From Octopus sinensis (lineage: Eukaryota), in contig NC_043011.1 of assembly GCF_006345805.1 (NCBI RefSeq), positions 25,308,464 through 25,372,463 on the forward strand: DNA of 64,000 nt. The letters are read 5' to 3'. Every line of letters begins with the position of its first letter. Position 1 is the first letter of the stretch. Below, one piece after another: positions 1 to 14,039 of this stretch. The translations under genes and the position numbers were made by a program. The notes under the pieces were generated by a model. The model made no database searches. It was not told where the DNA came from and saw nothing but the letters and a program-made list of their open reading frames with translations.

Positions 1-2930
1 TTTCAAACTTTGGTACAAGGCCAGCAATTTCGGGGGAGGAGCTAAGTTGATTACATCAACCCCAAAAGGATGAAAGGCAAAGTCAACTCAGAACATATAG
101 ATGGATGAAATGCTGCTAAGTATATCACCTGGCATTCTAACAATTCTGCCACTTTGCGGTCTTAAGCTAATTCATATATTAAGAGATAAAATGTTAAAGA
201 AATCCTTATTCCTTTGATGAGAATTTGCCAATATCAAAAAAGAAGAGTGAAGTAAAATATCTTCAAACAGATGATGTAGTGGAACTTGTTTGTCTAAGAT
301 TTGATTCCAATACTTAGCAATACCATGGTGACATTCTTTTAAACATTGAAAATGTTTATGGAGCAGGCATTGCTGTGTTTTTAAGAGGTTTGCTTCCCAA
401 CCACATGGTTTTGGGTTCAGTCTCACCATGTGACATCTTAGATAAGTGTTTTCTACTATAGTCCCAGGTTGGCCAAAGCCTTGTGAGTGGATCTGGTAGA
501 TGAAAACTATATGGAAACTCGTCTATATATATGTGTGTTTGTATGTATACACATATGTATGTGTGTGTATATGTTTGTGTCTTCTTGACTTGACACTGTG
601 TAAATAGTAAATGAATGTCATTCATTTCCAGTATTTTGTGAAAACATGTCTGGCTATGGGGAAATACCTTGCCTGGAACCAGGAAGGATATCCCACCATG
701 GAAAACCTGTCTCAATAAACTCTGTTCAACCCATGCAATCATGGAAAAGTGGACAGTAAAATGATAATGGTGATGATGATGATGATTAAAAACGAAATGA
801 TGTACCATGTTTTCAGACAATAAATGCAAAAGAATCACTCATAATATAGAGTTGGAATTGGTATTTATATTTGAAGATTGTAGTAGACAGAATATTTGTT
901 TGAAGCACTTTAAATCAATCAGTCATCCATTATATATTTATATGGTAGCAAAAAATCAATTGAACTTATCAATAAGCAATGACTATAATAGAAATGGATG
1001 CATAGGACTGTATGACATTTGTTTATAATAATTATGTGATGTCAAGACAAGAAGACACCACTTCTCACACACACACTGGGATTCTTTCAGTTTCTGCCTA
1101 CCAAATTTACTCACAAGCTTTTGGTCAGCCTGGAGTGGTAGTAGAAGTCACTTGCCCAAGGTGTCACACAATGGGTTAATGGAAATATAATCAATAAAAG
1201 ATGACAATGAGAATAAAACATATAACAAAGTAACTATCACATAAAAAGAAAGTGGGAAGTATTTACTAACATGTTTAAACAAATGATGTGAGAAAAGAAT
1301 GAAGTTTCTCACAGCTGTATGAGAACTACAAATATTGGTTTCAAATTCTGGCACAAGGCCAGCAATTTCGGGGGAGGAGGAGGTAAGTCGATTACTTTGG
1401 CCTAAGTGCTCAACTAGTACTGAAAGGATGAAAGGCAAAGTCAATCCTGGCAGAATTTGAACCCAGAATGTAAAATTGGATGAAATGCCACTAACGATTT
1501 TGCCAGTTCTCTGCTTCATGAGAACTACAAATATTAAAATGCTTAACAATTAAGTCGTATGAATTTTTCTCATAATAAAGATAAAACAGTTAAACAATTA
1601 TTCTCGAAAGCAAACATGATCAAAGAAGATTAAATGTTTTAGCTGGAAAAAGTTTAGAAATCAAGAAACCAAAGATTTTTAATTAGGTATATTTCAGTGA
1701 GAATTTATTTTCATATTTATATTCTTTTATTTGTTTCAGTTATTTGACTGCAGCGATGCTGGAGCACTGCCTTTAGTCAAGCAAATTGATCCCAGGACTT
1801 ATTCTTTGTAAGCCTAGTACTTATTCTATTGGTCTCTTTTGCCAAACCACTAAGCTATGGGAACATAATGACACCAGCATCGTTTTGTCAAGCAATGTTG
1901 GGGGGGGGGACAAACACAGACACACATACACATATGTGTACATATATATATATATATGTTTCAGTTTCCGTCTACAAGGTTTTGGTTGGCTCTAGGCTAT
2001 AGTAGAACACACATGCCCAAGGTGCCATGCAGTGGGACTGAACCCAGAACCATGTGGTTGGTAAGCAAGCTACTTACTACACAGCCACTCCTGCGCCTAT
2101 ATATGTATGTATTCTTTTTTACAACTTAAACTGGATGAATTTCCCTGATTTATTCAGGCATTAAATTTCAGAATAGGCACAGGTGTGGCCGTGTGAAAAA
2201 TGGTTTTTAGGTTCAGTCCCACTTTGTGGTACTATGAACAAGTGTCTTCTACTATAGTACCAAGCTGACTAAAGCCTGGTGAGTGGATTTTATAGACAGA
2301 AACTGAAAAGAAGCCCATTGTATGTATGTGTGTGTGTGTGTCTGTATATATATATATATATTATATATATATATAATATATATATATATGTATGTATGTA
2401 TGTATATATTACTGTCTCCTTGTATTGATATCACATGACAGTTGTAAATGAGTGCCACTGTCATCCAACTGGTGTCCTTTGTTTCCAATCTTCTGTGAAA
2501 ACATAACTAGTCATGGGGAAATATTACCTCATTTGGAAACAGGAAGGATATCTGGCTGAAGAAAATCTGCTTCAACAAATTCCATCCAACCCATGTCCAC
2601 ATAGAAAAGTGGACATTAAAATAATGATGATAATATTTAACACCTTTAGTAAACTGTTTTGGTGGGAACCTGATTCAAATTGAAAAATGTCTAGTTGAAT
2701 AGATCTGCTGTACAGTGAAATCAAAACTGCAATACATGGTATGAGTGTAATGGATTGATGAGGTAGTGATTGGCAGGCTTTAGGGCATTGGATAGAATAA
2801 CATGAAGTATTTGTAATGCTTCTCTGTGCACCGAGTTCAAATCCTGCTGAAGTCATTTTTGTGGGGTTTTAAAATAAGTAGCAATCAATGGTGGTAGTTT
2901 GTGGTGTTTGTCTTGGCCTTTTGTGTTCTA

Positions 2931-3260
<330 letters not shown>

Positions 3261-3789
3261 TTAAAGAAAAAAGAGAGAAATGAAGAAAGAAATTATACAA
3301 TCATAAAATTAAAGAAAAAAAACATCATTTACTCAAAAGAGTGGCAACACCTATGCTTTTGCAGGCTCACCTAGATTAGAGAAGTCACTGTAGTTAATAG
3401 TTGATGCTCAGTTTGAATATCTGTGGTAAAACAAGCAGACAGGGCTGCAGTTTTGCAAAGAAAGGATTAAGAATTGTGTTTACTCTGTGAGGGGTTTACA
3501 TAAGTGAGACACAGTAGAAATGATGATAGAAGAAGAGAAGTAGGTATATAGAGGGTTGGGTTTAGATAGAGGCAGCAAAGGAACAGAAATCAATAAAGAA
3601 GTGGTAGAAGAAACTGTGTATCTGCAGGTTAGTGATTGTGTCAATGAGAAGATCTTTGTCATTTAGCTGGGAGACATGAGGTTTATTCCAGAAATGCTGA
3701 GACTTTTTTCTTAGGAGAGGCAGTTATAACTGTCTTAGATTATTGTAGTTTAAGTACATCATTGCTATACATCTAATAAGCTGATCTGC

Positions 3790-4505
3790 CAGCTTTTGAG
3801 CTAAACACTGCTTCTCGTAGCTGACTAGTTTGCAGAATGCAGTTAGGACATGGGGACAATTTAGAAGTTTGCTATGTAATAAAGTCTTGTGTTGACCTGG
3901 GCAAATATACTACAGAAACTTATGAAATGCTCCTGACTGCTTATGGATTAACTTGTATGAGTTGCACATTTTCTTTTTGCTGACACAAGGGGCCTGGTGA
4001 AGCAAGTCCAGCAGGAAGCTCATGATGATCCCCATTTTCAACAGCAAAGGCATCATCTACATCCACTGGGTTTCCTCAGGCCAGACAGTCAATAAAGAGT
4101 AGTCTGTGGAGGTTTTGAAGGAGTTCAGGAAGAGATTTCATTGCAAAAGGGCAGGGCTCTTTCACTCAGGTCAGTGGCACCAGCACATCAGTTCACATTT
4201 CCATCCTGGTAACCAACTACTTGACAGATATAAGTATGAAAACTCTCCCTAAAGTCCAGACCTTGCTCCCTGAGATTTTGGTTGTTCCTCAAGCTGAAGG
4301 AGAAGATGATAGAGGCAGTGAGAAGGGTCCTAGACACCTTCAATTTGGAAGACTTCCATGGGGTCTTAATGAAGTGACTGGAGTATTTCAACAAGTGCAT
4401 TAAGTCAGAAGATTCTACTTTGACGGTGATTAGATTTTTGTACTTCTTTGAAATTAATAAATGTCTCTCCTGAAAAAAGTTTAAAAACTTCTGGAATGCA
4501 CCTTG
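3790..4505 (+). mobile_element. Mariner transposon relic (internally deleted)
   Basis: Degenerate AIKFCV.LGK..TETYEML..AYG N-terminus and KCI...G.YFDGD* C-terminus; terminal ...GGAATGCACCTTG followed by TA. The 5' boundary is approximate. Confidence 0.7.
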
Positions 4506-4989
4506 TAATTTTTGTAATTTCAAAGCTGTTTATTGTGCATGTGTGGTCAATGCAGCTTCAAAGAGAGTCAGCAACAGATTATGGCTGAAGTATTTTTGAG
4601 TCATGAAAAGAAATCCTAAACTTTGGGTGGAATTTTGTTAACCGTTTCAAATAAATTTTTTATCATTTTACTTGTTTCAGTCATTGGACAGCAGTCATAC
4701 TGGGGCACTCCCTTAAAAGGTTTAGTTGAACTTATTTTTAAGGCTTAATTCTATAAGATTTTTTTCCCTGAACTGCTAACTAATGTGGATGTAACAAACC
4801 AACACTAACACAAAGACACACACACACATACATATATAAGAAAAAAGGGATATAAAAAAAAATCAAGGCAGATATCAATAAAGCACTTAGTTTTAAAAGA
4901 ATTTAGTTAACTATGTTCAACAACCAGATGTCACTAAATGTAAGTAGAATACACATCCATAGTAAATCCTCATGTATAGTGGGTTGGCC

Positions 4990-5690
4990 TAAAAGACTGG
5001 TTTTTGCTGATATGACAGGAAGGTGGTGGAAACCTGCAGGAAGATATGAGCTGTGTATGGGGAGGATGCATTACAGAACATGTGCTGGAAGTGGTTTCAA
5101 GATTTTGATTGTGAAATTTTTGGGTTCAAAATGCACCTTGTTCTGGTCTATCAACTGATATTTACAGCAACACCCCCATTATATAACCAGGATGATTGCA
5201 GATATTCCCCAAATATCCAAACTGAGAGTTGAAAAACTATCTACATCAATTTGGTTATGTTAGCAGGCTCTATATTTGGGTCCCACATCAATTGGATGAG
5301 ACTGACCATACCCAACAGATTTCCATCTGTGATTTATTGCAGAAACATGAAGTAAATGATCCACTTTTGAGGAGAATGGTGACAGCAGATGGAAAATAGA
5401 TCGTCTGTAACAATGTGAAGCACAAATGATCATGGGGAAAGTGCAGTTAACCACCACAAACAACTTCCAGAGCAGGACTTCACTCATAGAATGTTATGCT
5501 TTCAATTTGGTGGGATTGTAAGGGTGTTGTCTTTTATGAGCTTCTTCCCATGAACAGGACCACTAATACAAATGTGTACCAGCTGGACAAATTAAATGCA
5601 GCTATTCACCAGACGTATCCAGTACTTGCTAATTGTGAAGGCATTATCTTTCATCATGACAATGCCGGACTGCACAGTGACACTCTTTTC
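4990..5690 (+). mobile_element. Mariner transposase relic
   Basis: GYVSRL.IWVPHQL, MVTAD.K, MLSIWWDCKGVVFYELLP, IIFHHDNA.LH motifs, with stops and frameshifts. Confidence 0.88.
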
Positions 5691-5699
5691 TATGAACCA

Positions 5700-6085
5700 G
5701 ACACATGAAGAGAACTAAAAAGATACAGCAGAATGTACAAGCCTCCATCAATAACTGCCAGACATATTCTTCATATTACAGGATAAGAAATGAAGATCTC
5801 CGACAGAAGGTTGGGTGGGCAGATGCCAGTGGAAGAACAGATCCTGAAGCACAAGTGGGATTGGATAACCCACACCTTAAGGAAATCAAAATCCTGCATT
5901 ACACATTAAGCTCTGATCTGGAAGCCACAAGGGAGGCAGAAGAGAGGATGCTCTAAAAATAGTTGTAGGTAGAACTGAAGAAGCAGGAATCCAACTGGAG
6001 AGAAGCAAAAAAGACAATCGAGAGTTGAGAACAGTGGAGAAAAGTTATCAATGGTCTATGCACCATGGGGGGGACAAAGGGCTTA
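5700..6085 (+). mobile_element. RTE-clade LINE 3' coding end
   Basis: Degenerate KLQ..INNC.R.IL...ISN.DL..., KW.WI.H.LRK, and W.PQG.R.RGR.KNS.RR motifs across frames. Confidence 0.7.
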
Positions 6086-6849
6086 AGCAGCAGCAACAGT
6101 AGTAGTAGTAGCAGCAGTAGTAGTAGTACATGCACACACACAATTTCCATACTTTGTTCCTGTCATCATGCTGCTATGTGAGTACCCCATGGCACTATAG
6201 ATGATTGAGATAATGCTAAATAGATTTGTCAAGCCCATGACAGCACGGAAAGCAGACATTAAATGATGATGATGAGATTTTTTTCATTTAAGATATAATG
6301 CATCTAGGGACTATATGATTCCAGATATACATTTCTTTACATTTTTAAGTTAGTAAAGTGTGAATGGAAGAAAATGCAGCTGCTATTTCTAGCAGTTCAA
6401 GAATGGAGGCCCTGATATTGGATCATTCTTAGGATGTACACACATTTGTCTGCTCTTACCATATCATATGCAACATATCAGCTGCATGCACCTGTCTGTT
6501 CTTAACTAATGTATGCAACTAATATTTCAGGAATTTTGGCAACATTTAATTACAGGCTTAATAAACTTCAACTGAGTTGAAGGCTACAGGAAACATTTAT
6601 TATATATAAGCTTACGTATATCATCATCATCACTATCATCTTTCAACATGTTTTCTATGCTGGTATAGGTGGGACAGTTTAATAGGAACTGACAAATCAG
6701 ACTGCGCCAAACTCCAATGTCTGTTTTGGTATGGTTTCTATGGCAGGATACCCTTCCTAATACCAACCACTTTACAGCGAGTACTGAGTGCTTTTTACAT
6801 GACATTAGCAGTAATTAGATCACCAAGTAAGCACAAACACACACACAGA

Positions 6850-7430
6850 CCTAAACTTCAGCAAGTCGTTTTCTTCAGGTAATGTGATTAGTTTCCCTCT
6901 GACTATCCATTCCATGACTTTGCTGATGTGTGGAGTCAGAGAGATAGGCCTATAACTTTTGGCATCTGTTCTGCTTCCTCCTTTATGGATTAGGCATATT
7001 ATTCCCTCCTTCAGTTTGCTTGGCAGCCTGCCATTTGCAAGAAAGCTCTGGAAGAGAATCTGCAGTGGTTTCGTGAGGGAAAGCTTACACAATTTGAGGA
7101 GGATTGCTGGGAAACCATTCAGGACCAGCAGTTGAGTTTGCGTCCATCTCATCTATGGCTAGTAGTGTATCTTCTTCACTAATGCTGATGTAATCCATCG
7201 TAACTGCCTCAATGGCTATAGATGAGGCAGCAACAAAATCCACTGGTTCATTCACTTGTCTGTGCTCCAACAGGGTGGTAAAGAAACTTTTGAACTGGTC
7301 ATTCAAGACCTCACTAATCTTGGTTGGACTATCTGTGAGGGAGCTTTCCTTTTGGAAGAGGGGACCAATTTTGCAGTGTACTGAGGCTGTTTCTTTGGCA
7401 TAATGAAAGAAGGCCTTTGGGTTTCACTTA
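6850..7430 (-). mobile_element. CR1/L2-like LINE fragment (region preceding RT)
   Basis: TAGPEWFP.ILLK.CK.SL.KPL..LF..., IHKGGSRTDAKSYRPISLTPHISKVME. Confidence 0.8.
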
Positions 7431-7639
7431 ATGTTTTTTTATAACCCAGGCTTCTTTGTATGCTCTCTCCCTCACATAGGATTGTTGCAAATGACTGAAA
7501 CAAGTGAAAGAATAAAAGAATATATTACATATATATATATATATATAATATATTCTTTTATTCTTAATTTGGTCTGTTTGATTAACATTTTTGCCAATTA
7601 CATTTTACTATTTTTGAGTGCTACACATACACTGCTTTT

Positions 7640-8632
7640 TCCTTAGGAATATTTCTATTGTGTAAACTGATAATTTTCCACCATGCCGAGGCAAAAGATC
7701 CAATATAGGTTGGCAAACAAATGCTGCAAAGAAAAGTAAACATATGTGTGAAATGAATCTGTGAAGGATGCCACCAGGAGGAACTCTCTCAATGCATTTA
7801 GGATGGCTTCAGTGCGAAGAAGGGAAAATGAAGAGCAGCGTTGTGATCGGTTAACACATATTGTTGTGCAATGAGCTTACCCAAGCAATGAGCAACGTCC
7901 AGCACACCAAATAAGAAATGCTTCCTCTACTGTTGCTGCACGAGCTTCAGAGACTGCAACACAATGCACAGATCAACTTACAAGAGATGCTTCCTCAACT
8001 GCTGTTGCATGAGCTGCAGCACAACGTGCAGATCAACTTACAAAAGATGCTGCAGTGGGTGCTAAAGAGACTACAGAGGAAAGACAACAATGGATGTTGC
8101 TCTATGCGGCAAACAGGCAAACATCAGGTAACCATACTCTTGTCACCTTATTTATTTCATTAGCATAATCTTCACAGTATGCTCTCCATTAAGTGTCCCC
8201 AATTGTGAGGTAGGCAACAGATACTACACTTTCCATCTTTTTTGCACAGGCCACATGTCAAATTTTTTGTTCAGATAATGTTGTATGTACAACCTAGCGA
8301 AACAGCAGGTAAACATTCTGTTTCTCTTTATGTCATATCTTTGGCTCAACCTTTCCATCTGCTAAACAGCACATGTCAGCAGTTATGTGGTAAGGAAAAT
8401 AATTCAATTACTGCTGGTTTTTTACAGATCAACCTACTCTCCCAATGGAAAACAATGACAAGAGTGTGGGTGTATGATTGCATGTTCATATTGTGCTAAA
8501 TAAATCAAACAATGCAGGGAACATCTGCCATTATGATTTCTTTCATTCAGTTCAGAGGTGCATCTGTGAATGGTCTAATAACCAAACAGGCATACTTAAA
8601 CAGCCCCGGGCAATGCCGTGTACACCTGCTAG
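7640..8632 (+). mobile_element. Internally deleted Helitron relic with N-terminal coiled-coil repeats and 3' hairpin-CTAG end
   Basis: Degenerate frame MPRQK(R)SNIG..., RMASVRRRENEEQR..RL, ARASET..Q.TDQL..DA repeats. Ends CCCGG-GCAATG-CCGTG...CTAG|T at 8629-8632. The 5' boundary is approximate. Confidence 0.6.
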
Positions 8633-8945
8633 TATATATAAAGATGAGAATGTGTGTCTGTCTAATCTGTCTGTGTGAATCCCTAAAACTCGAGAACTAC
8701 ACAACCAATTTCATTCAAATTTTACACATGCCTTACCTAAGGTCCATGCAGTGTCATGGGTCAAAATAATTTTCAACTTCTTGCCTAATGCGAGCCCTGA
8801 GCAATCTCTTATCTCTTACACTATTCAGTATTATGTGTCAAAAGTGAAATAGTAACATCTCTCTATTGTAATGTAAGATACTTTCACTTTAACAGTTTCA
8901 CTATTCATACTGACAGTGTTAAAGTGAAATTAATGTCACATATAT
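8633..8945 (+). mobile_element. Non-autonomous Helitron-like element, 5' portion (family H1)
   Basis: (TC)TATATATAAAGAT..GTGTGTCTGTC..GAATCCCTAAAACTCGAGAACTACAC start; homologous to 11109-11405. Confidence 0.7.
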
Positions 8946-9142
8946 TATATGTATAGATGTGTAGTATACATGTATATGTATACATGTGTATATATGTATA
9001 TAGATGTATATGTAATATGTACACCTGTATATATGCATACATATATATACACACATACAAATATACAAACATACATTTATACATATATATATATATATAT
9101 ATACACACATACAATATACAAACATACATTTATACATATATA

Positions 9143-9198
<56 letters not shown>

Positions 9199-9201
9199 TA
9201 A

Positions 9202-9239
<38 letters not shown>

Positions 9240-9685
9240 GTACGTACATAGGTGCAGGTGTGGCTGTGTGGTAACAAACTTGGTTCCAAAGCACACTGTC
9301 CTGGGTTTAGTCCTACTGTGTGGTAACATGGCATGTGTCTTCTGCTATAGTTTCAGACCAACCAAAGCCTTGTGAGTGGATTTGTTAGGCAGAAACTGAG
9401 AGAAATCCATCGTATATATATATGTATATATGTAAGTGTATGTGTGTGTCTTTGTGTTTCTCCCTCATCACTGCTTGACAACTAGTGTTGGTTTATTTAC
9501 ATCCCCATAACTTACTGGTTTTAGAAGAGACCGATAGAATAATTACCAGACTTTTCAAAATATAAAAAAACGCACTGGGGCCCGTTCATTTGACAAAAAA
9601 TTCTTCACTGCCTTGAAGACCCTCATACTTTTGCTTGCCCACTCAATTGTATCTATCCATCTATCTTTCTGTGTGTGTATGTGTG

Positions 9686-9718
<33 letters not shown>

Positions 9719-9965
9719 CCAGGTAGCTGCTCTGGCAACGATCACACTCGGATGGTTCTCTCGGCACCCTACTAGCACGGGCACAAGTGCCAATAAGGCG
9801 ACGCTAGTAACAATCACACTCGAATGGTGCCTTTTATGTGCCACTGGCATGGAAGCCAGTTAGCCGCTCTGTCAACGATCACACTCGTATGCTGCTCTTT
9901 GCACCCCGCTATATATAAATACACACATACACATACATATATACATGTATGTATATGTGCATATA

Positions 9966-11108
9966 TCTATTATATAAAAGTCAATGTCTTTATGTGTGTT
10001 ACTTATAGAATCGAAAACTACTGCACTGATCCTAATGAAATTTGGGACACAAAATCCAAGCTTAGGGAGAAGGGTAATGCCGTATGTTTCATACAATTGT
10101 AGTCTTGGAAGCTGTAGAGTCACCTGAGCATACAAGATGAGCGTTATTTGTAATTCAATGGTACAACAGTGTAAGAGTTTGCTTTGAGATATATTTAGAT
10201 TGTGATTTCTGCAATGTGGTGCATAATTGTCGAGTAAAGGAGCGGCATCTTTGCCTCAACTGATTCAGTTGCAAAGTGTTATTTTGAGTAAAGTTATTTG
10301 GTTGCAGACCTCCTTTGAGTCTTTTTATTATCACTGGGTCAGAGATAGTCCCCAGATAGTAACATTGATTTCAAGGCCTTTCCAGATAAATGATTGGTCA
10401 TTCAAAGAGATTTATAGATTGTAAATTTATTCTGTTCAGTTACCTATCGGTATAGTGATCATTGGCAAACTCTAGAGGTGACACTTTCATTTCACCTTAG
10501 CTCTCACGTTACACAGCTGTTAATGTTTATTTGAGTTGGGTCACGCCCTTCCTATTGCTATAGATCGTAATGCATTTTACAGCTGTACCGGGTCACCTGT
10601 ATGGTGAGGAATCCTACATTAGGGTAATGACCAGGGTAGGGTAGCTGAGTGCTTATTGCGATCATTTGTCTTTTGCTTTCCTCTACCATTGCTCTCTTTT
10701 ATAAACCCAATGAACATTGATAAGACACAAGTTAAAAAAGATTCCCAACAATTCAACTTCTCTGGTTCACTTTAAGACCCTGCCCCCTTATAAGGGCCTT
10801 AACTCCCACATTTTAGAGCTCCATGTGCTCTATGCGCTCCATTTTTCAGAAGCAAAAACCTTTGAATAGGTTATATAAGATTTGAATTTTGGAAGCTGGG
10901 GATAAAGATGGTAGTGTGGTATAAATATGTCATGATTAGAATTTTTGTTAGGGTGTGTAAAGAGGGAGAGAACCTCCATTAAAATTCTTAATCTCCAATT
11001 TTTATGAAATTCGAATCATAGGTATTCCAGTTCATTAGAGAAAATATAAGAGAAAAGTCTAATTTTTCAATTCCATGTGACACGGGCAACACTGGGTGTC
11101 TTTGCTAG
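9966..11108 (+). mobile_element. Non-autonomous Helitron (A|TC ... hairpin CTAG|T)
   Basis: TCTATTATATAAAA start at 9966 after an A; CACGG-GCAACA-CTGGG...CTAG at 11105-11108. Confidence 0.7.
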
Positions 11109-11405
11109 TCTATATATAAAGATAATGTGATTGTGTGTGTTTGTCTGTGTGAATCCCTAAAACTCGAGAACTACACAACTGATTCCATTCAAATTTTACA
11201 CATGCCTTACTTAGGGTCTATACAGTGTCATGGGCCAAAGAAGAATTTTCAACTTCTTACCTAATATGAGCCCAGAGCAATCTCTTATATCTTACAGTAT
11301 TTCAGTATTACATGTCAAAAGTGAAATAATATCTCTCTATTGTAATGTGAGATGCTTTCAGTTTAATACTTTCATTATTGATACTGAAACTATTATCTCA
11401 CATAT
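11109..11405 (+). mobile_element. Helitron-like family H1, 5' portion, fused to the preceding CTAG
   Basis: TCTATATATAAAGAT start immediately after CTAG; colinear with 8633-8945. Confidence 0.72.
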
Positions 11406-11507
11406 ATACACGCATACATACATACATATATATATATGTGTGCCCCAGCATGCCGCGGCCTTCGGGCTAAAACATTTTAAAGGATCTATATATATATACA
11501 TCTGCAC

Positions 11508-11543
<36 letters not shown>

Positions 11544-11578
11544 GTAGATGTATATATCTCACATGTATACACGCATAG

Positions 11579-11627
<49 letters not shown>

Positions 11628-11902
11628 ATAATGTATATATATATGTATATATATATACTACACTCTCGGAGTGGTTGGCGTTAGGAAGGGCATCCAGCTG
11701 TAGAAACACTGCCAGATCTGACTGATGGTGCAGCTTTCGGGCTCCCCAGACCCCAGTTGACCGTCCAACCCATGCTAGCATGGAAAGCGGACGTTAAATG
11801 ATGATGATGATGATGATGTATGTATACATCTGCACATATGTATATATATATATATAAATGTAGATGTATATATCTCACATGTATACACGCATAGATACAT
11901 AT

Positions 11903-11987
<85 letters not shown>

Positions 11988-12177
11988 GTATATATATATG
12001 TATGTATACATCTGCACATATGTATATATATATATGTATGTATACATCTGCACATATGTATATATATAAAATGTGTATATATATATATATATATATAATA
12101 TATATATATATATTTATATTTCTATGTTTATATATGTAATATACATATATATGTATGTAAGTATGCATATATATATG

Positions 12178-12340
12178 TGATATAATAGTTTCACTTAAAT
12201 AATAGTGAGACTATATAAACTGAAAGTATCTCACATTACAATAGAGAGATGTTATTGTTTCACTTTTGACATGTAATACTGAAATAGTGTAAGAGATAAG
12301 AAATTGCTCTGGGATTGCATTAGGCAAGATAGTTAAAAAA
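12178..12340 (-). mobile_element. Helitron-like family H1 segment in inverted orientation
   Basis: Reverse complement matches ~11255-11405 (CAGTATTACATGTCAAAAGTGAAA, CTCTCTATTGTAATGTGAGAT). Confidence 0.7.
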
Positions 12341-12361
12341 AATAAGATCCCCCAAGGTCAG

Positions 12362-12827
12362 AGAACTCGAGTTAGGGAGAGCAACCATCAGTTGGAGAAC
12401 GGACAGCTAGTCAGGGCCACAAACAGGCAGCTAATACAGACAAACGGTCAGAGGGGGAAAGAAGTTTACAATCAGCAACTATAAGACCCAACTTCTCTCG
12501 ACTCTACAACTTTCACTAGCTCAATTTCTTTTTTACAACATAATTCTATATGAATATGTACACAAACTATACAAGGAAAATCTATCTTTACTTCGCATAC
12601 TTTTCTATTTACTAATTAAACATACCAAGCCGTCGTGGTTTGGGATTTTTTTGACAATGTAACGATAAATAAATATTTTCTTCACAACTTCAATCACTGT
12701 TCTTTCATCTTTACATAATGGCAATCAACGAAGAACCAATCCTTACAAACTGATTACCACTCCGACGTTCCATACTATTGTTTACAAATTAATTTCAAGC
12801 GATACAAAAAAAACTTCTACCGTTACG
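12362..12827 (-). repeat. Unclassified ~470-bp repeat, inverted partner of 16338-16842
   Basis: Reverse complement aligns end to end with 16338-16842. Confidence 0.85.
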
Positions 12828-14039
12828 TATAAATACACACACACACACATATATACACAAGAATTAGATTCAAGTTAAAATGCTAAGATCAAGAAAGAGA
12901 ATAAATTTTATATTTTCACTCATTTGTTTCAATCATTTTGACTGCGGCCATGCTGGAGCATCGCCTTTAAGTCGAGCAAATCGACCCCAGAACTTATTCT
13001 TTGTCAGCCTAGTACTTATTCTATCGATCTCTTTTGCCGAACTGCTAGATTACGGAGACGTAAATACACCAGCATCGGTTGTCAAGCGATGTTGGGTGGG
13101 TGGGGGGACAAACACAGACACACAAACATATACACACACACACGTATATATTACACACACACACACACACATATATATACACAACGAGCTTTCAGCTTCC
13201 GTCTACCAAATCCACACACAAGGCTTTAATCCCCCACCCCATAAATCCTAAAATTTTCACTCTTTTTCGAAGACTGTGCTTTGAAATCATGGTGTTAAAA
13301 TACAGATAGTTCAAATCCGCAATTTGCTTCTATTTATATGGCGGAAACCTGAATCAAACAATATTTTGTGAAAATTCCCCAAAATAAAATAAGTTATCAA
13401 GGGTTGTATGGTGTGCTTGGATCAGACTTCCATGGAAAATAATTTTGGAACCGTTGTTTTGTTGTTTCATTTGGCGTTTTAAAACCTTTCATATTTATAG
13501 GCGAGAGAAAGATAATGATTTCTATTAATGACTAAGAATAGAAAAAAGGTCTTTCGTGTTTTTTTCTTTTTCTCAATAACATTTCGTTAGGTTAACAAAC
13601 TTTACTAAAAAGTGTCTGAGAATAAATTAGTCAACAAATTAATAAGCTCTACAAAAAAAGTTCGGAAATATTTGATACAAATAAATCATCTATAATTGTG
13701 TGTTAAATTTCATACTAAATTTTACATTAAAAAGAGGTACGTAAGAAAATGAAGAAATAACGAAATCCCTCTTACATTTCAACCCACTTCCTAAGTAAAC
13801 AACATGTTAAATATGGGACGATGTAAGAGTTTAGCGTACCGAGATAATAAAACAGCAGTTTCACTCTTATTGTGGATTTTCCGATCTGGAATTTATTATT
13901 TTTTTATGCTGTGTTCGTAAAAATAAGAATTTTGTAGCGATAATTATTTGTTTAACTTTACTAGAACATTATTAGGCAAGACTTACTTTTGTACCCCCTC
14001 AACCGCACCCTTTTTTTGACAGGAGGAAGTCTTTCCCAT

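Noticed and set aside
7918-8163. ORF beginning MLPLLLLHELQ resembling a secreted peptide
   Set aside because: It is an alternative frame of the Helitron repeat region.
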